Assembly (NCBI GenBank): GCA_047495785.1
Contig: JBLDXI010000028.1
Span: forward strand, 496,001 to 560,000
Reading direction: 5' to 3'
DNA: 64,000 nt
DNA from: Lepidodermella squamata
Lineage: Eukaryota > Animalia > Gastrotricha
This document shows, in pieces, positions 24,794-34,471 of the stretch. The position numbers and the translations under genes were made by a program. How positions within the stretch are numbered: the first letter of the stretch is position 1; the number at the start of each line of letters is the position of its first letter. The notes under the pieces are model-generated. The model had not been told where the DNA came from, ran no database searches, and saw nothing but the letters and a program-made list of their open reading frames with translations.

Positions 24794-26408
24794 ATGGCTG
24801 AAAAATCTGAATCTGTCTACGAGAAGCGAATCGATCGCATGCTGAGCCGCATGGCGGGTGTTCGCGATCCCAATGCGAGACGGCGAAATGTTAGCGGTGA
24901 AGGGGTTTTCAACCGATCAGAGGAAGCTCCACCCACTAATTTCTACTTGGAACCAGCTCGGGCGATCCCGATTCTAGCCGAATGCGACATTTTGGTGGTC
25001 GGGGGAGGTCCAGCTGGGATTTCAGCGGCTCTGGGCGCAAAACGAGCCGGGGCTGGGGATGTCATTCTAATGGAGCGATTCGGCTGTTTTGGTGGCGTCA
25101 TAACTACAGTTGGAATGGAAACGCTGGGTTGGTACCGCTATGAAGGCACAGTTGATTGCGAGGGCATCGGCACGGAAATGGAGCGATTGACGGCTGAAAT
25201 GGGCGGGACAATAAAATGGCCGTACAATGATAGCGAATGCTTAGATGCTGATTTCTTCAAACTGGTGGCAGATCATTTGATTCGCGAGGCTGGGATTCGA
25301 CCGATTCTTCACTGCCTTGCTGTTGAGGCCATTGTTGAGAATGGGGCAATAACTGGCGTTGTGACTGAGAGTAAATCAGGCAGGCAGGTGATTCGGGCGA
25401 AGCGGGTAATTGATTGCTCAGGTGACGCAGATATTGCGTATTTGGCCGGGGCTGACTACCGGAAAACGCCTCGGGACAAAATGATGGGCGTGACGACGGT
25501 TCTCAACTGTTCTGGTGTCGACAAACCGGCTTTCCTTGAATACACTAACAAGGTAATAAGAGTGGGGAAAGAAGGGCTTTCCAAAATCGAGGGGGATCTT
25601 AAAATTAGGAACTATTTCGGGACTCTTATGTTTTCTTCACTCAGTTTTGAATTCATTTTAGAATCCAGCGACTTACAAGGACTGGTCTCGAACTTGGAAG
25701 CAGGAAACAACTGGAAAGGAAGACACCCTATTAAGCCCATACTTGGAGGCTGAATTCGACAAAGCAAGCCAGATGGGAGTAATTCCTCCAGAAAGTACCC
25801 AATACCTAGCCGGTTCGTGGTCAGCGCTGTCAGATGCTGGCGAAGCTACAAACCTTAACTTGGTACATTTAATGGGCTACGACTGCACAGACGTCTTCGA
25901 TCTAACAGAGGCTGAGATGAAAGGCCGTATCGAAGCTATGCACGCGTTGATGGCCCTGAAAGCTGTAGTTCCAGGCTTCGAAAAAGCCAAGTTACGCAAT
26001 TTCGGCATGACCCTTGGCTGTCGGGATTCGAGAAAGATTATCGGCCGCTACAATCTAACAGAAGATGACGTGAGAAATCAAGCTCGCTTCGACGATTCAA
26101 TCGGAATTTTCCCTGAATTTATTGACGGCTATGCTGTTCTTGTGCTGCCGACGACAGGGCGGTATTTCCATGTGCCTTATGGTTGTTTAGTGCCGCAGAA
26201 TGTTGACAACTTGCTAGTTGGTGGGCGATGCGTGGCTGGGGATCGCGTTTCTCATGCTGCTATGCGAAATATGATGGCTTGTACAGTGACTGGGCAAGGT
26301 GCCGGTGTTGCTGCGGCCGTTTCAATTCGCGAGGGTGTAACAACCGGCAGTGTTGATGTTAGATTGATTCAAGATGAACTTTTACGGCAAAAAGTTCGAA
26401 TTCACTAG
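24794..26408 (+). CDS. FAD-dependent oxidoreductase (FAD_oxidored / PF12831-like, bacterial-type), ~501 aa; exons 24794-25552, 25662-26408
   Basis: Rossmann motif DILVVGGGPAGISAA, then ERFGCFGG, IDCSGDAD, RDSRKIIG and VPYGCLVP..DNLLVGGRC..RNMMAC..GQGAGVAAA. A 109-nt GT-AG intron joins the two ORFs in frame. Confidence 0.92.
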
Positions 26409-27459
26409 AGCTTATGTGCTTTTATAGCATATCAAAAAGTAAATAAAACTCAACAGCCATCCAGTTCGAAGCTAACAAGATGGATATCAGGCTTTTCTGA
26501 GTTGTAGTGTTGATTTTTCGGATAATCGCCTGTGTATTTCAAGCTCTCTAAGCAGAACAGCATTACCATATATAGTTCGTAGGATCAGACGTCAGATTCC
26601 GAATCTGAATATGCTTAATTCAGTCAATGGTTCATGGTTTAGACCATGGTTCAGACTTTTCAAATCCAACCGGGCAGGCGAATGAGAGAGTAATGCAGGA
26701 GATACTATCATTGTGTTGTTTGAGGTTTTAGTTGCAACAAATCAAAACAATACATTTCCGGTCAATCAACCCCGGGATCGGTAGAGAGTTCAAATTTCTC
26801 GCTTTTGTTCAATGGCTTACTTTCACTGCGAATTAAGTACCATGACAGCCAAAAATGCTCTATTCAGCACCAGAACTCTCCAGATCCGCCGATTGGCGTG
26901 GTTCAATTTGATTATGAGCGATATTTCTCGGTTATTGAAGCTGAGCTCTTTTTGATTATTACGTCACCTGCAGCTATTTTCGAAACGTTTTTATTAGCTA
27001 TTCTATCGATTTACTGTCTCGTTTGTAGAGCTCGCCGCCAACGTTAGGCGATAGGCGTACAGTCTAGATTTGAATTGCCAATATACTTTGAAATTATTCC
27101 TCGATCTATCAACGTTGGAACTAGTAGATTCTAAGACAAAGAATAAAACTGATGGAGGTAAACACTGAGCTACTCGGCGTTTCAATTTCTCAAATTTCAC
27201 GTTATCGAGCAAGTTTCAACCATGAGATAGGGGACCAGCTACCACATTAAAATATATTTATTTGTTGGTTTAAGATGTGGGTTCTCTTCACGTACATGAC
27301 TGAGATATCAACGTCGTGGGTGGAGAAGAAACGAAATGGGTTTTATGTTTAGAATTTAGGTTACAAGTTTTGTTACAGATAAGAAACTGGAGAAAAAGAT
27401 AAGAATAAACAAGAACTAGTAGCTTTGCGTTTTGAGAAATTTTGAATACAGTACGGGAG

Positions 27460-28632
27460 ATGGATCGACAAAACATCGAAAATGACACGCAGTTCATTGA
27501 TTCTATGTATTTGTACTTTAAGCAGATGGATGAGATTCGGTCTAATAGATCGGACACGGACGAAATGGGTCGTGTTCTACGGCACAAAGCTATGAAACAT
27601 TATTTAAATGCCCTCACTCGGTGCTTCCTTCAAGTAACGCAGCTGACTAATGAAGAATCACGCCGCACCTATCTTGACTGGTGCCGTTGGAATAGAACTC
27701 TGATTATGCATCGTCTACAGACGTTCGAAACTGAAGCGCAAGATCAAGATATCGCCGATATAGCTCGACGATCCGCGGAGAGCCTAAAAGCCATTACTGA
27801 CGTGTTTTTCTCATTATCGCCTGATGAGAAGTCTATTGCTAATCAGTATTTTCATGCGCTGCGCAGTGTTCATGCAAGCCCGAATATTTCCTCGAGAAAA
27901 GGGCAGCTTAAATTCCGCCATACTGCTCGCCTAATGGTGAATTACATCGACTGTCTCCGCAATCGATTCTACTTCAAGGAATTGGACCGAAAAGATGAGT
28001 ACACGTTCGAAAACTTGACTGCTGATGCTGATTTTATCAGTAGCAAGCTTAGAAACATCGACACCCAATCTATTGAGCTGGCAAATCAACTCAAGGAGAC
28101 AATGGAAATGTACAGCAGCTTACGGCATAGTGAGGAATCATTGCAAAGAGACCAAGAAACCCTTATTCAAAACTGTTTGCATGCAGCCCATCTGCGAGCG
28201 CAAAAGAACTTCTTGGACACGGCGCGCCATCGCATAAGAAAAACCGCTACTGAAATCAAGCAACAATTGAAGAGGAGAGTTGACAATGCTTTCCAGGGAG
28301 CCAAAATTATTGTCTTACAACCTATTCTGAATCTTCGAGATAGCTTCAATCGCTTCCAGTATGCAGTCGTCCATCGTAGTCGAACAGTTGCGGCGATTTG
28401 GGAATGGGCCAAAGGAAATCCGAGGAAAAGCTTTGGACTTGTGGTAATTGGCATCTCACTTGGCGCCATCATTCTCACCATCAGTGGGGAAACGGCAGCA
28501 AATATTGTCATTGCTGCACACGGGGAGAAAAGTCCAATAAATTCATCGTCCTGTTACACCGATTCAGAGTCGGCGCATGTGTTAATTTCAAATTTTTCGC
28601 GACATTTTCATGTCCATGAATTTTTTATTTAA
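27460..28632 (+). CDS. Orphan alpha-helical protein with internal duplication and C-terminal hydrophobic segment, ~390 aa
   Basis: Uninterrupted 1.17-kb ORF with helical, charged composition and hydrophobic FGLVVIGISLGAIILTI. No family recognised. Confidence 0.7.
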   Translation: MDRQNIENDTQFIDSMYLYFKQMDEIRSNRSDTDEMGRVLRHKAMKHYLNALTRCFLQVTQLTNEESRRTYLDWCRWNRTLIMHRLQTFETEAQDQDIADIARRSAESLKAITDVFFSLSPDEKSIANQYFHALRSVHASPNISSRKGQLKFRHTARLMVNYIDCLRNRFYFKELDRKDEYTFENLTADADFISSKLRNIDTQSIELANQLKETMEMYSSLRHSEESLQRDQETLIQNCLHAAHLRAQKNFLDTARHRIRKTATEIKQQLKRRVDNAFQGAKIIVLQPILNLRDSFNRFQYAVVHRSRTVAAIWEWAKGNPRKSFGLVVIGISLGAIILTISGETAANIVIAAHGEKSPINSSSCYTDSESAHVLISNFSRHFHVHEFFI

Positions 28633-29244
28633 ACATAAAATACTGAATTAATGGCGGTGTATTAAAAGCTCCAATTTGTTTTGCGTATTGCGTTTTTTGA
28701 ATTACCACAATTAATGGAAGACTTACTACCTGTCGAACAATCTATATAATTTTCATTTCGATTTTACTGATTCCACCAAATGAAACTGGCGACTTATAGC
28801 CTAAAACGAGAATATGTCGCACTTCGGGCAAAACTAAAAGATAACGCGGCTTATTGATGGAGAAAGGTTAGCAGATAATTGTTTCCTTCATTTTTTGAAA
28901 TGTATTGCGCCAGCAAGAATCCATGTTTTATGCTGCACGTCGAGTAAGGAAAGAATAAACGGGATGTTCCAAGTTCTATCCATGATTGAATCGGTGTTAC
29001 TTCACACAGGGTATTTCAAACAGTGATCATTTCATTCAGTGATCATTTCATACATTTTTACATTAAATCGTGACTTCGTAAATATCAGTGGAAATCGTGA
29101 TTATTTCGTACAAAACAAGGATTATTAATTTTAACTCATGAATAATTTCATACCGAAAAGGCGGCCCATGAGTAAGATTTGTAGCTAATAAGTCGTTGTG
29201 TAGCAGGAAATGCCACACCGGCGTCGACATCTTCTAAGTCGGCA

Positions 29245-29541
29245 ATGAGCCGCCAAACTTCAGTTGCAATGGAGTTCGAGGACTCTATTCCCATGGCCTC
29301 ATCCTTAGGTCCTTCATTCTCACAGAACGATGTCACCTTCAACATGAACAACTCGTTCATGCCAAGCGTCTCGTCTACCCCTGCCCGCCTCAACCGGGCT
29401 AACCGGGAATTTCAACGTAGTTTATCCCGATTTTCGTGCGGCCGAGCATGGGCAATGCGAATTGTCAGGACTAATAATATTGCTGATATAGAAATAATTC
29501 AGCAGCAAATAACCAATTATGCGACTGAAAGCAGCTTCTAG
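29245..29541 (+). CDS. Possible small protein (98 aa, Ser-rich N-terminal half), function unknown
   Basis: ATG-initiated ORF more GC-rich than its flanks. A possible upstream ATGA|gtaaga ... cag extends it in frame. No homology recognised. Confidence 0.3.
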   Translation: MSRQTSVAMEFEDSIPMASSLGPSFSQNDVTFNMNNSFMPSVSSTPARLNRANREFQRSLSRFSCGRAWAMRIVRTNNIADIEIIQQQITNYATESSF

Positions 29542-29589
29542 TTGATAAGTCGAGACTGATTGAGATTTGGTTATTCCAGTAGGTAGCTA

Positions 29590-29991
29590 CAGTGAAAGTT
29601 GTCTAAACCGGACTAAGGTCGTGCCAGGCAAAATCGTCCGGTTTAGAGAAAGTCCGAATTATTTTAAACCGGACGACGGAATCGACAATTTTAATATAAA
29701 TAATGAACATATTCAGCTATATTCGCAATAATTTGGAAGTTGAATTTTTTTCGAAATTTTGAGGCTACTCTTGTCAGGCAGGGGCTGACACTTTCTTCAA
29801 AATTATATAGAAAATTGGACTTTTTATTGCATAAACCGGACTTCGAGCCCCAAATCCGTCCGGTTTATACACCAGTCCGGTTTAGAGAGTCCGCTTTAGA
29901 CAATAAAATTATAATGTAAAGTCCACACTTTCGGATCGAGCCACCCGAAATCGTCCGGTTTAGACCGGTCCGGTTTAAACAACTTTCACTG
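29590..29991. mobile_element. MITE, Tc1/mariner superfamily (CAGTG termini, Tigger/pogo-like)
   Basis: 24-bp TIR cagtgaaagttgtctaaaccggac / gtccggtttaaacaactttcactg with one mismatch. TA flanks at 29588-89 and 29992-93. Multiple internal gtccggttta / taaaccggac repeats. Confidence 0.92.
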
Positions 29992-30097
29992 TATATAAGT
30001 CACAGCAGCATGTGAGCTTCCTTGTTTTATTTCGACGAAAAAACAAGCCATTTGGCAGCTAAATCATTCATAATCTAAATGCATGCACAATTGCGGA

Positions 30098-33000
30098 TTA
30101 CGGCGAACCATTTTCGCTGAAAACAGCGCCACTGTTATGCATATACCGGTTGGGCTGGTTGTTCGCCAGTCTCGCGCCCTGATGGCTCATCTTCGGAAAC
30201 AAGTCCGGCGAGCCAATCGGAGACGCGCCAGGCTGTTGTCGCGCCGGCAGGCTGTAGTGAACCCGTTTCGGGGTTGTAACCTGCCCTGAGCTGTAAATTG
30301 GATTGCTGCGGTAGGCAGGAGGCGACGGAATCCGCGCAGGGGGAGGCACTGTAACCAACATAGGCGCCCGGCTGCTTATCACCATCGCCGCATCGTCCTC
30401 ACGGAAGGCATCTTCCTCACTCTCGAAATCGTTCTGCATGTTAGGTTTCACTATGGCTTCTGGCTTCCGTTGATGCTGATGCCGCGCGTAGTATTCGGCG
30501 ATCTGCTTCTGGCGTTGGTTCCTGACTACGGCATACTCGCCGTGGTGGTATCGGTAGCAGCAGCAGCTTACGAAGATTGCGAATGTCAGGATTAGGACGA
30601 AGCAGACCAGCATAAGGATGATCCAGTTGAGCCATGACGACCAGTTCCAGTTTAGGCACATGGTCCATAACGATCGAGGCCGTTCGTCTAAAACAGATTT
30701 CAACAATACGGTTAGGAATTTGGACCAACATTTAAGGCTCGATTCTGAAACCAGAGTGAATTATTTCTATCTGCGAATCGCCACAGAGACACTTCAGCAA
30801 GGACAAATCAGCATAATTTTATAGGTCAAGTTAAATAGCTGCCCAACTTGCGAAATTCCAATTTTCTGGAGAATCGATGAAGCTTCTCAGCCCGATACAA
30901 TTTGGGCTCAAGTTTATTGAGCGACAATACAGCATACGACATTTCAGCCCTCGGCAACAAAAACAACAGAATAAAATTGCTTTCCAAGAGCTGAAATGTT
31001 GCTTCACGGGAATGTCCTTAACTTTCTCGGGCTGTAATGTTGTTTTTGTGCTCAACTGTCGCGAATGGAGGTTGCGAGCCAAAAACATGTTTCCAGGGCT
31101 CAAAGAGATTTAAGAATCAATTATGGACCCCAATACCTCCATTTACATTCTTTCCCTATTAAGCACACAAAATCACTCACCAACAATCGTATCATTAGTC
31201 GCGTTCATCGCAAAAGCACCCAAATCAATGGATGCCAAGTTCAAGATCGCAATATGAGCTGTCGTGGTCGTAGTTTCAGGCTCAGTAGTAGTCGTACTTG
31301 TCGATGTCGTAGTCGTCGAAGTCGTAGTGGTTGTCGGCGTTGTAGTCGTACTAGTCGTTGTTGTTGTCGTAGTCGACGTCGTCGTTGTCGTTGTAGTCGG
31401 TTTCGGCGGAGCTTTCGCCCGAATCTTAATCGGAATTTCCATTCTCAAATTAACAGGCGAGCTGTACATGATGTTAATGGCGTAATTCCCCGCGTCCTGA
31501 GCGATATTTTCGTGCCGGCGTAAGGCTTCGTCGTAGTCGAAGAGGGAGCCTAGAATGTCGAAGTCACCCTCGCCTGAGCCGAAACCGCTGCCCATACCGC
31601 TTCCTAATGGTAAGTCCATAGGGTCGGGTCTTCTAAGGCTGACGAACATTTCCAACGGTAATAAAGATCGCACTGAGACCCTCTGAGCAGAACCCTGAAA
31701 TTAAGCTCGAATTTAAATTTATTCCGAAAGATGACAAAAAACCCGAAACAGGAATAAAATTTCCCATTTCCAAAGTATTTCTGGAATTTTCGGTAATCGG
31801 AAATTTTCGAAATATCAGCAATTTTCCGATGATTTCCTAAATTGTGACCCGCGTCCAATTGAAGCAATCTTTCCCATTCCACACTTCAAAAGGATCCGGA
31901 TATTTTTCGGGTAATTTCGGAAATTTTCCATTTCTTCGGTTATTCCTGGGTTTTCGACTTACGCATGGTCCCAAGTTGTTTCCAATGACTTCCGGACTCG
32001 GCTCGGTAACATTAGTCATTGAACATAGGAACCCATTCTTGTATAGGCCAACAACAGGATCGCACAGTGGACTGCCAGGCTTGCAATTCGCCTCAACGCT
32101 GACCCCACGTGAGCATTTTATCAACAACTGGTTATTCCGAGTAACATCCAACGGCGTCGTAGTCGCATTTCGCGAGGCGTTGTGCTCGATCAGCAGCTGC
32201 CCTGTAACCGCGTCGTAGACCGAACACCGCGGCTGTGGGTAGACCTTGAGGAAGTAGTAGCCGTAAATAGGTGGCCCGCCTGGTTTCTCAGGGTCATCCG
32301 GTTCAGGACCGGGTAGAATTCGAGTGCTTTGGCGAACTACACACCGGTAACTGCCTTCGTGCTCCAGTTTGACCTGGCGAATTATGAGCCGGTGCCGGCC
32401 GGTTTGGATATCATCAACGGCCTGAAAATCCGGGTCACGGTCAGAAATTTCTAGGAAAAAATAGAAAAATATTCAACTTTCAAACAATTTAAAATTGTCA
32501 AAAAAGCGGGAATTGCGAGAATTTTGAAAGTTTTAAGAATTTGAAAAAATTCAAAAACGTGTGAAACCTTGATATAAGCCTGAAGTCGAGTCGTAGCGTT
32601 CCCATTTTGGTTCAACATCGGGTGATGAATCTGGGTCAACGTGGCAATTCATGCCTCGATTGACGTCGTACTCCTTGAAATAAATCGGCTTGAATTCATC
32701 GTCATGCTTGAACCTAGCTCCGCCTGAAAATTAAAATCAAAATCAGAAAAATATGGGAATTTGGGTAATTGGGACCAACTTTGGACTGAAATTTTGACGC
32801 TGCCTGGGTCTCTTTTAGCGACGCCTGACGAGCAGTTGTAGTAGACGAAATCGACTAGAAGCGGGTCAACAGAGCATGTCGAATAGCTGCCCGGGTCGTC
32901 ACGGTTCGGTTTGCAAAAGTAAGGTATCATCGGTTCGTATTTTATCCTATATAATAATTTCGAAAAATTAAATTAAAAAAATTAAATTTTTCGAAAACCT

Positions 33001-34471
33001 ACGCAGTTCGGGTGGCACTGGCAGGCGACGGTAGGCAGGTAGCCACCGGGCAATAGGCGGCGAATTCGAGCCGGTTTGAGGTGACTACAACGTCGATCTC
33101 GCGATTCGGCCACGATTGAAGTTTCGCTTTCTCCGATCCGCATGGAACAATCTCGACCGTTCGACTAGGATTTGTTGGCACTGAAATTATTAATGGAGTC
33201 GATTATAAAAAAATACCGAAAATACCGTTAACATCTGTTTTATGAAAAAACGCGACTAATTTCAAAAAAATCAAAATTTCAATTTTTAATTATTTAGAAT
33301 TTTTAATTTGAAAAATCTTTTGTACCTAAATGTTTCCCATTTCTTTAATTTTACATAATTTTTTATATTATTTCACTGAAAATTAATTTACATGGATTTC
33401 GTCCGAATTCGAGCCGCCACGTGCGAATGGGCACAAAATAGCCCCTTGACGCGTCGTAGTAATGGCACGTGATATTGGCCTTCCTGGGCTCCAACGGCTG
33501 AAACAGCATGCGGCCCTCGGTATCCCACGGCATCATAGTCTGATATGAATGCGTTTTAATCACCCTACGAAACCGGTAATGGTACGCCCAGAAGTAGAGC
33601 GACGACGGGCGAACAACGCCGTTACGGTCACGGCACGTGAACAGCAACAGGTGGTTGAAAAATCGATTCGTCTGATCGACATCCTCGCCATCGGCGTTGA
33701 CGTCAGTCCCGCCGGCGCCGATGGACAGATCGATGACGAAATCGTCGAAAATCTCTTCGGTAGTGTCGACTTCGAGGCGAGGGGCGACGAAGCGTAACCC
33801 GTTGACGGCGCCGCGGCAGTTCGACCGTGACCGGTCTAGGGCGGGCGGGCTGTAGGTTTCGTGGGGCGTGATCGACCACGCGTGGTATTGCGTGCATGCT
33901 TCATTGTCCGGGTCAGCGTAAGGTGGGTAGTAGACTAGACCTAAAAATATTGGAGAAACAGGTGCAAATCATATCAAAATTGAACACGTGGGAGACCCAG
34001 ATACCCGAAACCCGAAAATACCCGATTTTCGGTCATTTCCGGTATTTTTTGGTCATTTTTACCAGACAGCCCAAGAGACCAAAAAATCTGCACCGATTCG
34101 GAACCTATCGAAAATTACCGTTAAAGACTCTTTCGGGTATTAGCGGGATTTTCGGTAAATTTCCACGATTTTTTTTTAAATTCGATTAAAAAATTAGAAT
34201 TTTGAGAGACAATTGAATCAGGGGATGAAATAATATTAGCCTTTCTCTAAAAAATGAAAATCATCAAAAGAGGCTGAAGCCCATAATCAGTTTCAGATCT
34301 TCTCCAACCTGCCTCCGAATTTTGCCCATTTAATTCAAAATAAAATACTCATTAGGTTTATATAGACTCACCTTTTGCATTCGGATGATTGGCGTAAATT
34401 TCATAAATTGCAGTGATGAAAATGAAAAACGTAAAAAATATTCGGTTAAAACTGTAATAATATTCGCACAT
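30098..34471 (-). CDS. Paralog of receptor A (receptor B) with Ser-Gly cluster, Thr-rich stalk and divergent tail, ~930 aa; exons 34471-34372, 33940-33392, 33180-33003, 32946-32780, 32723-32568, 32450-31963, 31694-31181, 30744 (or 30687)-30098
   Basis: The spliced product aligns colinearly with receptor A: GLVYYPPY, SYQTMMPWDTEGRMLFQP, VVVTSNRLEF, SGARF..D.EFKPIYFKE, TGRHRLII..VK.EHEGSYRCV, PIYGYYF.KVY. It has a signal-peptide exon and TM WIILMLVCFVLILTFAIFVSCCC. All introns are GT-AG and the 2799-nt CDS closes in frame. Confidence 0.88.

Noticed and set aside
24785-26408. Frameshifted pseudogene or two-gene reading of the oxidoreductase
   Set aside because: A canonical intron at 25553-25661 joins the halves in frame through NPATYKDW.
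31065-31523. Plus-strand Arg/Cys-rich and poly-Val ORFs
   Set aside because: They are antisense shadows of the Thr-rich stalk exon of receptor B.
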